In this document: piece after piece, positions 25,323-37,428 of the stretch
Layout of the letters: every line of letters begins with the position of its first letter
Numbering within the stretch: position 1 is the stretch's first letter
Source: a virus
Lineage: Duplodnaviria; Caudoviricetes
Reading direction: 5' to 3' (one strand)
Virus record (IMG/VR): IMGVR_UViG_3300025383_000009
Length of the DNA stretch: 64,000 nt
Made by a program: the position numbers and the translations under genes
The notes under the pieces: model-generated
Database searches by the model: none
The model's input: the letters and a program-made list of their open reading frames with translations, nothing else
What the model was told of the DNA's origin: nothing

Positions 25323-25919
25323 TTAGATTGGTAATGGGAATGTACCTACTGGTGTAGTTACAGAAGCATTAACGCCGAAAGCGCTGGTACCGACTGTAGT
25401 ATTAGAAGTCCAGTAGTTGTAGTTAAACTCAACGTCGAACATTTCAATTTGATTGTTGGCATCATAGTCAAGTGTAATTTGGCCCACTGATGTAGGATAC
25501 GCATCATGGAACTTATATGACTTGATTGTTGCGCCGTTACGATCTAATTGATTAACTATTAAGTCAACTTGATAAGCTCGTGGGTTTGTAAGGCCGTTTG
25601 TTTGTGCGTTGTTCATGATACCATCTGACCATTTTTCCATAGCATCCCTGATCAAGAACGTTGTATCGTTATAGATCGTTACTGTCCATGGAGCAAATGC
25701 TCTTTCACCTGCAAAGTTAACTTGACGGCCTCTGTATAAGATCTGCATGTTCTCTACTGTAGAAGCTGGTAATGTAGTAGCTTTACATAAGAACTGTGAA
25801 CTTAAACCTACAGCCGCACCAGTTTGTACGAATGCTGGGAATGTTAATTGAACATTAAACTGGTTGGGACGAGCTCCGCCACCAATCAGTTGTGCTTTAA
25901 AATCGCTAATGTTTGCCAT
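25323..25919 (-). CDS. gp19: Tail tube protein gp19
   Basis: FKAQLIGGGARPNQF, FLCKATTLP, GERAFAPWTVTIYND. Confidence 0.95.
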   Translation of the reverse strand: MANISDFKAQLIGGGARPNQFNVQLTFPAFVQTGAAVGLSSQFLCKATTLPASTVENMQILYRGRQVNFAGERAFAPWTVTIYNDTTFLIRDAMEKWSDGIMNNAQTNGLTNPRAYQVDLIVNQLDRNGATIKSYKFHDAYPTSVGQITLDYDANNQIEMFDVEFNYNYWTSNTTVGTSAFGVNASVTTPVGTFPLPI

Positions 25920-25945
25920 ATTTTATCCTTTATTTTTCCTATTAT

Positions 25946-25953
25946 TATTTATA
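25946..25953 (-). promoter_or_regulatory. Late promoter TATAAATA before gp19
   Basis: Exact consensus. Confidence 0.7.
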
Positions 25954-25955
25954 TG

Positions 25956-27665
25956 TTATGCACCGATTTCAGAGAAACTTACTGAAGATCTTGCTGCAAT
26001 AAAGTTCAATGTAATGAAGTTGATTGAACGGTTAGGTTTAATATAGATATCGGCAACAAATTGGTTAGCGTCGATAACTTGACCTGTATTATTTGTATCG
26101 TCACAAACAACTGCAAAGTCAGTAACACCACGTCTACCTTGAACGTCTCTTAAGTAAGGAGTGATCAAGTTAACGAACTGAGCTCTTGTAAAGCTGTCAT
26201 TAAACTCAAATAATTGGTACTTAGCTGCAACTGCAATAGCTTTTTCAAGTACGATGAATAACCTACGTACGTTGATACGATCAAATGCGCTTGGTTTAGC
26301 AAGCAATGTCTTATCACCGTAGAGGATTGTACCTTGACCAGGGAATGTTACTACTGGGTTTACACCAGCTGCATATAACATGTCTCTGTCTGTTTGCATT
26401 GGGTTAACTGCAAGCTTAACAACGTTCTTAATTTGACCTCTGTTGAAGCCACCTGGTGACCACCATGGATCATTTGTATGATCTGTACGGGCGCATAGAC
26501 CAGCAACGTCACCGTTTAATGGAACCCATCTGTATACGTCGTTGTATCTATCGTATTGGTATTTGTAACCAGAATCTAACACTGCATAAGAAGTGCTTGA
26601 TAATGAGTTTCTAAACGTTACGATGTTATCGATAGCATTAGCAGCTCCTGGAGTAATGATGTCATTACTTGGATCTAATGGAGAGATGAACACAACGCAG
26701 TCAAGTCTTGTCTCTGCTACGTTACTGATAACGTATTGAGCGACAGTTGAAGAAACTTTACCTGTTGGGATCAACGCGATGTCGTATTGATCTGCATTAG
26801 CAAATATATCAAAGCCATCTTGTAATTCACCGTCTGTAGCAGCAAAGTCATCTACACCGCCTAAGAGCGTCTTAGTAACGACAGCTGAAAGGTCTTTAAA
26901 GCCATTGTTAAGAGCTACAGAGCCCCAAGCCACGCCGCTTGTACCAACTCCATTGACTGAAGTAGATACTGATGTTGTATGATCCATCCACCAGATGTAT
27001 TGTGATTGGCTGTTGATTACGTTCTTATAGTAGTTGTTTGTACCATTTGTTTGTACTGCGTCTGATGCTTTAGATACGTATGAGTATTTTTCTAAGATAG
27101 CACCGATAGTACCAGTCCATAGACCATGTGCATCTACTACAACGATATGGAGTTCGTCATTTGAACCACCAACTGATGCTGCGTATGTAGATGTAGAAGG
27201 AGCCAATGGGAACTCTGACTCATATTCCCAACCTGAGAAGGTTGTTGCATCAGCCATTGAAACTGTGATTGAGTTACCTAATGCACCTGGGTACTTAGCA
27301 GCCCATTCACCTACAGAAGCTTCGCCAGCAGCAAAGTTTTCTAGGTAATGATCTTGGTTTTTAATCTTAATAGCTGTTCCAGAAGCTACTGCATTTTTAG
27401 CATTAGTAGTGTCTACTCGAACGGTTAATAGGTTATTTGTGTAAGCAAGGAAATTTGCTGCAGTGAAAAATGATTGCGCTGTCGCATCTGTTGGTCCACC
27501 AAAACGTTGGACTAAAATTGTTTCAGATGAGATTGTAACAGGATCTAATACGGGACCCCAAGCAAACACACCAGCGAAAGCACCTGTAGATGTTGAAACT
27601 GCAGGAACGATCTCTGAAAAATCTTTTTCTACTACCGCAACTCCTGGAGATAATTGGAACGGCAT
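25956..27665 (-). CDS. gp18: Tail sheath protein gp18
   Basis: MPFQLSPGVAVVEKD, WWSPGGFNRG, AFDRINVRRLFIVLEKAI, FEFNDSFTR. Confidence 0.97.
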   Translation of the reverse strand: MPFQLSPGVAVVEKDFSEIVPAVSTSTGAFAGVFAWGPVLDPVTISSETILVQRFGGPTDATAQSFFTAANFLAYTNNLLTVRVDTTNAKNAVASGTAIKIKNQDHYLENFAAGEASVGEWAAKYPGALGNSITVSMADATTFSGWEYESEFPLAPSTSTYAASVGGSNDELHIVVVDAHGLWTGTIGAILEKYSYVSKASDAVQTNGTNNYYKNVINSQSQYIWWMDHTTSVSTSVNGVGTSGVAWGSVALNNGFKDLSAVVTKTLLGGVDDFAATDGELQDGFDIFANADQYDIALIPTGKVSSTVAQYVISNVAETRLDCVVFISPLDPSNDIITPGAANAIDNIVTFRNSLSSTSYAVLDSGYKYQYDRYNDVYRWVPLNGDVAGLCARTDHTNDPWWSPGGFNRGQIKNVVKLAVNPMQTDRDMLYAAGVNPVVTFPGQGTILYGDKTLLAKPSAFDRINVRRLFIVLEKAIAVAAKYQLFEFNDSFTRAQFVNLITPYLRDVQGRRGVTDFAVVCDDTNNTGQVIDANQFVADIYIKPNRSINFITLNFIAARSSVSFSEIGA

Positions 27666-27723
27666 TTTTTTGTTTCTCCTTAAATTATGATTTTTATGAT
27701 ATAGTTAGAGTCACCTCTACACA

Positions 27724-27731
27724 TATATTTA
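27724..27731 (-). promoter_or_regulatory. Late promoter TATAAATA before gp18
   Basis: Exact consensus. Confidence 0.7.
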
Positions 27732-27737
27732 TAAGTC

Positions 27738-29327
27738 TTAAAAATTCAATAGGACCTGTTCGTCCTGACCGCCCCTACCATCATCCATGAATCCGAATGG
27801 GGTCAGCTCATCCTCTATCTGTTTGATACGATTCTCATACATTATCTCTCTCAAGTTAACGTTGTTGAGCTCTTTAAAGTATGGGTTGGTGGTCAGCCAA
27901 CTAAATAGTACTAAAGTCATGACCAAATCATCATGATACCCTTCATCCGCCTCGTAAGAGCCTTTGTTGTTCTCGATGAAGGTCGAGATCTCAGCTATGG
28001 TGTCCATGTCCTGTATAAGCAGCTTGTTCTCTTCCACCAAAGACTTGAAATTCATACAACCAATACGTTTTACTTTCTTATCAGTGTTGACACCTAGTTG
28101 AGTCTTACCTCCACCAAAGCCACCTGACACTACTTGACCGTCTACGCCTCTATTGACAAACAATAGGTTATCATACTCCATCTCACCGTATAGGATCTGC
28201 GCTACTTGTTCTGAGGAGTTAACCTCAAGCAATACGTATGCTTTATTATACTCTGTCGCTACTTTGTATATGACTGAAGGGAATAGCATAGGGCTAATCT
28301 GGTTGTCCCTATACTTTGCCACTTGCTTGTATGGTGCTGCTGTCACGTCTATGATTGAGAATGATGAGAAGTCACCTCCCACACCCTTTGCAGTATCAGC
28401 CACTAAGCAATAGCTATGATCCTTGATAGGCTTTTCATATACATCAAGGCCATCCTTACTATGTATAATGAAGCCAGCAGATAGCCTCCCGATCACATCG
28501 GCACGCACCAGAGTGAGTGCAGAACCAAGGAAGTTACACATAACCTCTTGGTTATATTTTAGTTCACCAAGCTGTCTCCTTTGCTCCTCTGCCCACTTCT
28601 CATCCCTACCTGGGATTCGTGTGTACGGGATATATAATGGAACAAAGTCATTGCGCTTATTTTCTGCATCGTTCCAAAACTTCCAGAAGTGGTTGTAACC
28701 TAATGGAGTAGAGCTTAGTAATATCTTTGTCGTTTCACCTGCAGATATCGTTGGGTAGACTGAAGTAAAGAAGTCATCAGCTACGTTGTTAGGTATGATC
28801 GCGGCTTCGTCCACATACAGCATGTTGACAGATTTACCTCGGATACCAGAAGATGTTGTAGCTGCAGTGAACACCTTTGAATTGTTCTCAAGTTCTATAT
28901 CTCCCTTGTTCCATGTAGTAACACCCTGTTGTAACCACATAGGTAAGTTCTCATACATCAGCTGATACCTGTATAAGACCTCACGGGCGGCGGTGGCTTT
29001 GTTTGCCAAGATCGCGACTTGCTTCGATTCCTGAAATAGTGTATACCATAAAATATATGCTGCACTAGTTGTCGTCTTACCTTGTTGACGACCTTCCATA
29101 AGGATAACTTTTCTATTCTCATGTATAACCTTCACCTTTTCCTTTTGGCAATCATATAGTTTAAAATCAATAAGACCATGATCAAGTGATATGATCTTAC
29201 AATAAGTTTCAATAAAGTAGATCGGGTCGGCAGCACACTTCATGTACTCCTTGACTTGATCCTCAGTAAAAGGGATGTTGACACCAGCAGCCTTTAACTG
29301 ACTATTGGCGTTGTAGTTCTTTGACAT
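27738..29327 (-). CDS. gp17: Terminase large subunit gp17
   Basis: GRQQGKTT, LYVDEAA, STPLGYNHF, ADTAKGVGGDFS, HDDLVMTL; no intein seen. Confidence 0.97.
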   Translation of the reverse strand: MSKNYNANSQLKAAGVNIPFTEDQVKEYMKCAADPIYFIETYCKIISLDHGLIDFKLYDCQKEKVKVIHENRKVILMEGRQQGKTTTSAAYILWYTLFQESKQVAILANKATAAREVLYRYQLMYENLPMWLQQGVTTWNKGDIELENNSKVFTAATTSSGIRGKSVNMLYVDEAAIIPNNVADDFFTSVYPTISAGETTKILLSSTPLGYNHFWKFWNDAENKRNDFVPLYIPYTRIPGRDEKWAEEQRRQLGELKYNQEVMCNFLGSALTLVRADVIGRLSAGFIIHSKDGLDVYEKPIKDHSYCLVADTAKGVGGDFSSFSIIDVTAAPYKQVAKYRDNQISPMLFPSVIYKVATEYNKAYVLLEVNSSEQVAQILYGEMEYDNLLFVNRGVDGQVVSGGFGGGKTQLGVNTDKKVKRIGCMNFKSLVEENKLLIQDMDTIAEISTFIENNKGSYEADEGYHDDLVMTLVLFSWLTTNPYFKELNNVNLREIMYENRIKQIEDELTPFGFMDDGRGGQDEQVLLNF

Positions 29328-30069
29328 TAGAATTGAGCTTCCCAGTTCTCAGTCACTGGAGCAGTTGGAGAGTCAGCTGTTGCAGTATACTTATTGATAG
29401 GATCTGCACCTTCTTGTTGTGATACGTTCGCCTTAACAGTGGTGATGAGGCTTTGATCTTGTACTGGGCCATACATGCTAGTCTTGATAGTAAACGATAG
29501 TGTATGGACTACGAAGCGTCTCTCAGTAAATTGACCATCATAGTTATCTTCGACAGTTACGCTGTTTAATATGATCGGTATACGTTGTGTGATCTCTACA
29601 CTCGGTAAAGCATTGATTGCTAAAGAGTATTCTGGATTAAACGTAGGTAAGATTTGCTCGATGATCTGCATCGCGTCTTCCTGCGTCTTTGTCAACACAT
29701 ACAGGTTGATGTTTATATTGTATGGCGTTGGAGATAATACAGACTTACGGATAGGGTTTGATGCAGTACTCTCGTCTGTACAATTAATCATCTGCATCTT
29801 ATTGGTCTTACGTGAAGAGTCGTATGTATAACCAGTTATCTCAAATGATAGTCTTGGTAAAGATATGTAGGTATTATTTGTTAAGTTTGGGTCTTGCTCG
29901 ATACGAAGCAGCCACTTCTCCTTAGGAGCATAGGCAAGCGGGACGGCAAGGGTTTGTACCACGTTACCGTTGTTGTCTTCTCGAGCTATCTTGATATCAG
30001 AGAATAAACGACCAAACGCAACGATCGTCTTTCGTATGGTACCATGATAGTATGTTAACCCATTAAGCA

Positions 30070-30070
<1 letters not shown>
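29327..30070 (-). CDS. gp15: Tail sheath stabiliser/completion protein gp15
   Basis: YHGTIRKTIVAFGRLFSDI, VPLAYAPKEK, LPRLSFE, QIIEQILPTFNP. Confidence 0.93.
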
Positions 30071-31400
<1,330 letters not shown>

Positions 31401-31401
31401 A

Positions 31402-32421
31402 CTATCCTAAAAAGAATTCCAACGGAGCAGCCTTATTCAGCATCTCATCTTCGAGGTCTTTGATCTCCGCTATAGCTTCTGAATATAGAGAAGCCCCATC
31501 AAGGATCACACCGCCTGGTAGTTGGATATTACCAAACTTCTTGATGTTTGTAGCCCATTGGCGTTTGAATAGTGCTGTAACGTAGTGACGGAACCAAGGT
31601 TCATTCCATACTTTACTGAAAGTTGCTGGGTCAAGAGCTCTGTAGCACTCAACAACGATGAAGTCACCGATAGTCAACGCAGAGTCCCAGTTAACATCAA
31701 GGCTTAACCTACCCATCATACGGTTAAACCTATATAGTGGATAGCCGTTTAGTTCTAGGTTAAGTAGAGAGATGTGTGACATAACAGTCTTATAGTAGAT
31801 CAATGACGTTGAAGTCAAGTCATATAAGTCGTTAAGTCTTAGTTGATATTGTAAGTCAAATAAGTTCTTTGAGCTGGATGCTGCATTAAACGGGATGACT
31901 CTTGTGATACCATAGATGTAGTCTGGTAGCGGGAAGTAATGTAGGTCATATGTACCTAATACTGCTCCGTCTGCAGATATAACCGCTGTCGCTCCATTAG
32001 ATCCGGTGATGGTCTCACCTACTATGAATGCTGGTAGAAGCTCTGAAGTAAATTGATTTTGAGATGTAGTACCATCATTTTGGCCTGCTATCGTCATGTT
32101 TTGACATACGATCTGTGTATCTACAGGATTACGACCATACTGCATGCATACCTTAGCTGTTGCACCAGATGTGCTTCCAGTGATCTTTGTACCTATGGGG
32201 AAATCAGTTTGTGTAGGAGTAGTGATGTTGATGATTGAGCCAGTGATCTGTGCTTTAAGATACATACGTTCTGCACCATCAAAGTGGTATTGGTTCCAAT
32301 AGTCAAGAGCTTCATCGATACGCTCATTTAGTTGGACATCGTCCACGTTGATTTCAACTACTGGTTCGCCTAGAGCTCTAAGGCAATATTGAGTTAATTC
32401 TTCTCTGCTAGTAACGGCCAT
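31402..32421 (-). CDS. gp13: Neck protein gp13
   Basis: SREELTQYCLRALGEPVVEINV, KRQWATNIKKF, LPGGVILDG. Confidence 0.93.
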   Translation of the reverse strand: MAVTSREELTQYCLRALGEPVVEINVDDVQLNERIDEALDYWNQYHFDGAERMYLKAQITGSIINITTPTQTDFPIGTKITGSTSGATAKVCMQYGRNPVDTQIVCQNMTIAGQNDGTTSQNQFTSELLPAFIVGETITGSNGATAVISADGAVLGTYDLHYFPLPDYIYGITRVIPFNAASSSKNLFDLQYQLRLNDLYDLTSTSLIYYKTVMSHISLLNLELNGYPLYRFNRMMGRLSLDVNWDSALTIGDFIVVECYRALDPATFSKVWNEPWFRHYVTALFKRQWATNIKKFGNIQLPGGVILDGASLYSEAIAEIKDLEDEMLNKAAPLEFFLG

Positions 32422-32445
32422 TATACACTTCCTAGTTTATTGTAT

Positions 32446-32453
32446 TATTTATA
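32446..32453 (-). promoter_or_regulatory. Late promoter TATAAATA before gp13
   Basis: Exact consensus. Confidence 0.7.
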
Positions 32454-32454
32454 A

Positions 32455-32859
32455 CTATAAGGTATTTATAATGGAGTGTATAGAGTAATCATGATCCTGG
32501 ATACGAAGGTTATATTTAGTAGGTGGTTCAAATATCTTATCAGTGTCTTCATACTTTGATATGACTACTGTATCCATCCAGATAATAAAGTCAGCATCAA
32601 ATATGTCTCTACTTTCTTGTAATGGAGCTATAAAATCTACGATAGTATAGTCATCATCAACATTAGCTAAGTCGGCTAGTCTTTTGGCTTGTCTAATTCG
32701 TCCTTCATATGAGAAGTCCCAGTCTTGATATAGAGACCTTATCTTATCAGCATTTAACCATGTGACAGACTTTCCTTCTTGTTTAAGACTAGCCTCAAGT
32801 CTACCTGCAAGAGTAGTCTTACCAGATCCAGGAAGACCCATGATTAATATTTTAAACAT
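32455..32859 (-). CDS. Adenylylsulfate kinase (CysC)-like P-loop kinase, short
   Basis: GLPGSGKTTLA, WLNADKIR, DWDFSYEGRIRQ, DFIAP. Confidence 0.8.
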   Translation of the reverse strand: MFKILIMGLPGSGKTTLAGRLEASLKQEGKSVTWLNADKIRSLYQDWDFSYEGRIRQAKRLADLANVDDDYTIVDFIAPLQESRDIFDADFIIWMDTVVISKYEDTDKIFEPPTKYNLRIQDHDYSIHSIINTL

Positions 32860-33640
32860 ATTGTTTTTCTATCTCAACGAACCTATTGTATAGCTCTTCA
32901 CCAAGAACTTCCTTTGCAGGCTTTGATATCTTTTCTAGTTTAGGTCTAATAGTATGTAAACCTTCAAATCCCCAAGCTAATAAGTCATCATCGTTGGTGT
33001 CATTCTGGATATTATTAAAGTCGTACTCATGTTTTGGTAACTCTAAGAATTGTTCTATACGAGCGATCTCATGTTTAGGATCGTTAACTATATCATCGTA
33101 CTTAACAACTATGATCTGATCTGGAACATCTTTCTTGATCTGTTGAGCACCTTCCATACAATCTTTAACCATATTAAACCACATCTCTGCCATCCGATTA
33201 TCATCAGTTGCTGGATAACCTTTTAATATAAGGTTCTTATCAAAGTCTGATTTAGTTTGGTTTTTAATGATAGTTAACCAGCTTGCCATGATACTAGGAA
33301 GATCACGTTCCACTACAATAACCTTGATCTTTTCCCCGAATAAAGCATTGACTGTAGGCATGTTTTTAGCCCATCCACGACCTTTATCTATGATGATTGG
33401 TTCTGACCTATGCTGCCAAAATGCCGGTAATATCGCCTTAGTTAAGTTTCTTGCTTGTTCTTCAAAGTAGTTAGCTTTAACTGTTGGATCCTCTCTCCAC
33501 GCTTCTTGCATCTTTACTGCTACGTTAAGCATAGGAGAAGTAGGAGTTACGTATATCGCTGGGTTTTGGTTAAGTATTGAAGATAAGACTGTTGAGCCAG
33601 ATCTTGGCAATCCCGATAGAAAGTGTAATTTTTGTTTCAT
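32852..33640 (-). CDS. Sulfotransferase family protein
   Basis: 5'-PSB-like GLPRSGSTVL; IDKGRGW; RDLPSIMASW; VKYDDIV. Confidence 0.85.
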   Translation of the reverse strand: MKQKLHFLSGLPRSGSTVLSSILNQNPAIYVTPTSPMLNVAVKMQEAWREDPTVKANYFEEQARNLTKAILPAFWQHRSEPIIIDKGRGWAKNMPTVNALFGEKIKVIVVERDLPSIMASWLTIIKNQTKSDFDKNLILKGYPATDDNRMAEMWFNMVKDCMEGAQQIKKDVPDQIIVVKYDDIVNDPKHEIARIEQFLELPKHEYDFNNIQNDTNDDDLLAWGFEGLHTIRPKLEKISKPAKEVLGEELYNRFVEIEKQYV

Positions 33641-34494
33641 AATATAGACTTGATAGATGAGTGGATTAACTCTCTTTGTTCTGTATTTATAGATGCATTC
33701 CTGTATATGTCTATGAGCTGCGTGCTTATCTTCTTATACCAATCATCATCACGTTTATGATGGTCGACAAATAAACATGCAGCTGGTATATATTTGTCGA
33801 TCTGATTACTATTTTTATAATGATAGAGAAGATACCAAAGGTTCCATGTATTAGTCGGGTTATCTCGATACTCGTCTTCCATCATCTTAACGTATAGTTC
33901 AGGTCTTTCTTTCTTTTGAAAGTCTTGATCATGTACTAAGAATATCTCATCAGCATATAGTTCATTCTCATTACGATCTTTATGTATCCAACTTAGGTGT
34001 TCATAGATGGGTTGGTTCCATGTGTAATCAGCTCTAAGGTGGATCTTGTTAGTAGCTATAAAGTTTGGTGGTCCGACACGAACAGTCTTAGAGTAGATGT
34101 CTAGTCTATCACACGCTATGTTTGTTATAGTAGGTACAGCAGCTATGATGATATCCATCTGTTCACGTGTATTGATAGAGAAGTACTCATCAAGGTCTGG
34201 AGATAAACACCAAGTAACCTCTTCAGGCACCATAGCAAGGTTATGTCTACGAGCAACATCAAACCTCCATGGAGTAAACGTCTTTTGTTCGATGATTAAG
34301 TTTGGATCTTTCTTAGCATACTCTTGTAGTAGTTCCCATGAACCATCAGTAGAACCAGTATCTAACAGGACTCTATAATCATAAGGCTGAGTATAGTACA
34401 TCCATTTTTCAATGAACTTCTTTTCGTTCTTAAGTATAGTATATGCGGCTGTCTTAAACTTTTTCATTACCAAATTTTTCTCTTGCATGATCAA
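33637..34494 (-). CDS. Glycosyltransferase family 2
   Basis: ILKNEKKFI, LLDTGSTDGS, FDVARRH, DLDE, IYEHL. Confidence 0.8.
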   Translation of the reverse strand: MIMQEKNLVMKKFKTAAYTILKNEKKFIEKWMYYTQPYDYRVLLDTGSTDGSWELLQEYAKKDPNLIIEQKTFTPWRFDVARRHNLAMVPEEVTWCLSPDLDEYFSINTREQMDIIIAAVPTITNIACDRLDIYSKTVRVGPPNFIATNKIHLRADYTWNQPIYEHLSWIHKDRNENELYADEIFLVHDQDFQKKERPELYVKMMEDEYRDNPTNTWNLWYLLYHYKNSNQIDKYIPAACLFVDHHKRDDDWYKKISTQLIDIYRNASINTEQRELIHSSIKSIL

Positions 34495-34831
34495 TTAATG
34501 AAGGATGATGACCCTTACGACAATCAAACTGTCGACATGATATTGGTCTATAACTATATATAGAACATTTCCCATCTATAAACATACCACAACCGCCCTC
34601 TTTCTTACGATACAGTGTGACTATAGGCCCGACTTGTGAGTTGTCAGCTCTATGCTGGTCAGTGGGGTTAATGAAGCTTAAAGGGTATAATCCAGAAGCT
34701 ATCTCTTCAGGTGTTAAGTATGGTGTTAACTTCTCACAACACAGTGAGCATGTACCACATGGCACATCTTCTATAGGCTCATCAGAACCTACTGAAGTTA
34801 AGTTGATGTTTATGATCTTATAACTATGCAT
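34454..34831 (-). CDS. YkgJ/CxxCxxCC Fe/Zn-chelating protein
   Basis: CGTCSLCC...GCGMF..GKCSIYSYRPISCRQFDC. Confidence 0.85.
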   Translation of the reverse strand: MHSYKIININLTSVGSDEPIEDVPCGTCSLCCEKLTPYLTPEEIASGLYPLSFINPTDQHRADNSQVGPIVTLYRKKEGGCGMFIDGKCSIYSYRPISCRQFDCRKGHHPSLIDHAREKFGNEKV

Positions 34832-35444
34832 CTTGTTTTATAAAGAATACTTGTGTTAATCGGCCATCTTGTAAGGTGTCTCCAAAATAATCATTCGACT
34901 TATGATACGTATTACCTGGATAAAGTACTAACCTATTGAAAACGTTTCCTATAACATCTATAGGTTCAAATAGATCTTGATATAGCTGCGTATTTTCTAC
35001 CCTATTAATGGTCTTAAGCGTGTTATAACCTTCACCAGTTGACATATATGACTGCCATCTTTGTTCGTCTTTACACCTATAAAGTGATGTTCCTGAAGAT
35101 ACAGGCGCATCTGGATTAAGATACAGTATAGCGGCAAGATCCGTATCGTTGTCTTGATGAACCCAACTATCACCATCATCTTTTGTAGTTAGTTGAAAAT
35201 ACGATCGAATCGATACGTTAGTTAAGCCAAAGTGTTTATTAGCAAGACTAGCTATGTTTGTTAATACAGTGTTAGCATATATCTGGTCCAGATCCATCAC
35301 GTGTTTCGTTCTTTTTCCTGGCCAATCAGTGTGTTTACCATACATCTCTGTAAATTCTTTAGAATCATAAAATTGTTGGTTGATCGCCCATGTCCTAACT
35401 TGATTAGGAAACATTATGAAGTTATCAATGATCATCACACTCAT
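34824..35444 (-). CDS. DUF6445-type putative 2OG-Fe(II) oxygenase
   Basis: IIDNF...WPGKRT...WVHQDND..AAILYL...GTSLY...NRLVLYPGNTYHKS...RLTQVFF. Confidence 0.75.
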   Translation of the reverse strand: MSVMIIDNFIMFPNQVRTWAINQQFYDSKEFTEMYGKHTDWPGKRTKHVMDLDQIYANTVLTNIASLANKHFGLTNVSIRSYFQLTTKDDGDSWVHQDNDTDLAAILYLNPDAPVSSGTSLYRCKDEQRWQSYMSTGEGYNTLKTINRVENTQLYQDLFEPIDVIGNVFNRLVLYPGNTYHKSNDYFGDTLQDGRLTQVFFIKQDA

Positions 35445-36133
35445 CTTAGTTCCTTTATTAATAAGTCTGCTACTTTAATATGCTCTTCCTTTGTCCAATA
35501 TTCTTTATCAGTATCTTTTCCAGCGATACCTCTAGAAGCGTTTAGTAAGTTTGTACCTCTTAGTATATAGTTTGGTACATCTGTAAAAACATCATCATCA
35601 CACTGATCACACCATACATCAAATGCTAACCATCTACATTCAGATTTATCTAGTATATTTTGGCAAGAAGTAAACATGACCTTAAACATCTCTTTATACC
35701 ATGCTTCTGAATTAAACGGTCCATATGCACCCCACATAAATTGTTTTGCATATGGACATGTGGTTGAGTCCATAAGATGGTATGACATGCGCTTAGTCTT
35801 TATACCATCATCTTCATTCATGTCAGTTATCCTATAATGGATATCAGGATGACTTGGTATACTATCATAATCATCAGCTAACCCAAATTCAAACCTTGTA
35901 GGAGCTGTCCATCCTATCAACACGATATCGTCTTTTGTTAGGTTTAAAGACTGTAGTTTTCTAGCTATACGCCAGTTACTAGATGCTGGCAAAGAGAAGT
36001 CTGTAAGCGGTTGACCTAACTTATCAGCAAGCACTGATGGCCATATCAATCGTTTTTGTTCCTCATCGTTTATACTTGCATCTATATAGAAGTTCCAGCC
36101 CCATGTATAGCTATCACCAAAAGTATATATCAT
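35441..36133 (-). CDS. SGNH/GDSL-hydrolase-like protein
   Basis: FGDSYTWG, SSNWRI, IGWTAPTR, terminal EEH. Confidence 0.6.
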   Translation of the reverse strand: MIYTFGDSYTWGWNFYIDASINDEEQKRLIWPSVLADKLGQPLTDFSLPASSNWRIARKLQSLNLTKDDIVLIGWTAPTRFEFGLADDYDSIPSHPDIHYRITDMNEDDGIKTKRMSYHLMDSTTCPYAKQFMWGAYGPFNSEAWYKEMFKVMFTSCQNILDKSECRWLAFDVWCDQCDDDVFTDVPNYILRGTNLLNASRGIAGKDTDKEYWTKEEHIKVADLLIKELR

Positions 36134-37428
36134 AGCATGTCTTTTAATTCTTTTAGAGGAGCGTTCCAGTTATCATACTCACGCTGTCTAAGTACGGTTA
36201 AGTTATCACCATACCATTTTGTGTGGTAGCCTAATTTTGCCCACGTATAATAAGTTAGTATAGGTATGATGACTATAGATTCTTTACCTATAGCTCCAGC
36301 CGCATGGATCAAAGATGTGCAACTCGATACGATGATATCCATCTGATTGATATAATCTAATGTATCGTCCCATGTCTTGATCTTGTCTTTCAATGGTATG
36401 ACTCGTGGATGAGTAAAGTCCTCGTCTATATGAAAGGAGTATATCTCATAGTCTTCAGGTATAGAGTCGATCAGCTGTTCGAATGGTATGGTTCTATGTA
36501 AGTCTTGATCATACTTAGGATTTCCCATACACTTGATACCAATTCGTTTCTTGCGGTTATTTGGAAGTAGAGGTGCTTTGTTTAATGGAGTTAAGTATGG
36601 ACCATACCATAGATCGTCTTCTTCTAGGTCTAAGTATGTGGGCGATGGCATAGAGTATGTCCATAGCCAATCATGCGGTATAGCATTGATGTTAGAAACA
36701 GTCTTGAAACCGTTCCTCTCAAATATAGCAGCGATATCTTTTCTATCAGTATACCATATAGGATTCATACCAACATCTTTAAAGTGTTTCATGAACCGTA
36801 CTGATATGATCTCGTCACCTATACCGCCTTCTGCACAGAGGATTATAGTCTTTCCTGGCTGTGGAGTACCTTCCCATAGTTGACTCTTAGGAAATTTAAA
36901 CTCGTGCCAGATATTCAACTTACGACCATCGAGTAACACATGACGAAGGCCTTCTTTAAACTTACCGTTCCTTAAGTCGTATGTTCCTAGGTTAAAGTTG
37001 ACTCTAAAGTTAATATCTTGTGTATGTGGTTCTGTAAGTATCTTGCGAAGGATCTTTTCTCCTTCATCCTTCTTATCAAGCAAAAAGAAACACATGGCTT
37101 TGTCCATCTGGTTTGGATGGTCGTTGGGTTGTTCTTTCTCGTTAATACCCACATACGTTAATGCTTCTATGGGTTTATTTAAGTTGAGGTATGCTCTGAT
37201 GATGTTGACTCGTGCATCAAACTTAGCGTGTGGAGTTTGTACTAATGCATAGATCCTTTCAGCAAGCTCTAACGTATCATTGAACTCTCGAATATCTGCA
37301 TAAAGCTTCCCGATCTGATCGATCTCTTCTATCCGTTGAGCATAAGGCTTTAGTAGATCGAGGACGATCTTAGCTTTGTCAAACTGTTTGAGATGTATAA
37401 AAAACTCAGCTGTTGCTAGGGGATTCAT
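36130..37428 (-). CDS. TPR-repeat plus GT-B (GT9-like) glycosyltransferase
   Basis: Helical TPR-like N-terminus; WEG..QPGKTIILCAEGGIGD; DIIVSSCTSLIHAAGAIG. Confidence 0.75.
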   Translation of the reverse strand: MNPLATAEFFIHLKQFDKAKIVLDLLKPYAQRIEEIDQIGKLYADIREFNDTLELAERIYALVQTPHAKFDARVNIIRAYLNLNKPIEALTYVGINEKEQPNDHPNQMDKAMCFFLLDKKDEGEKILRKILTEPHTQDINFRVNFNLGTYDLRNGKFKEGLRHVLLDGRKLNIWHEFKFPKSQLWEGTPQPGKTIILCAEGGIGDEIISVRFMKHFKDVGMNPIWYTDRKDIAAIFERNGFKTVSNINAIPHDWLWTYSMPSPTYLDLEEDDLWYGPYLTPLNKAPLLPNNRKKRIGIKCMGNPKYDQDLHRTIPFEQLIDSIPEDYEIYSFHIDEDFTHPRVIPLKDKIKTWDDTLDYINQMDIIVSSCTSLIHAAGAIGKESIVIIPILTYYTWAKLGYHTKWYGDNLTVLRQREYDNWNAPLKELKDML

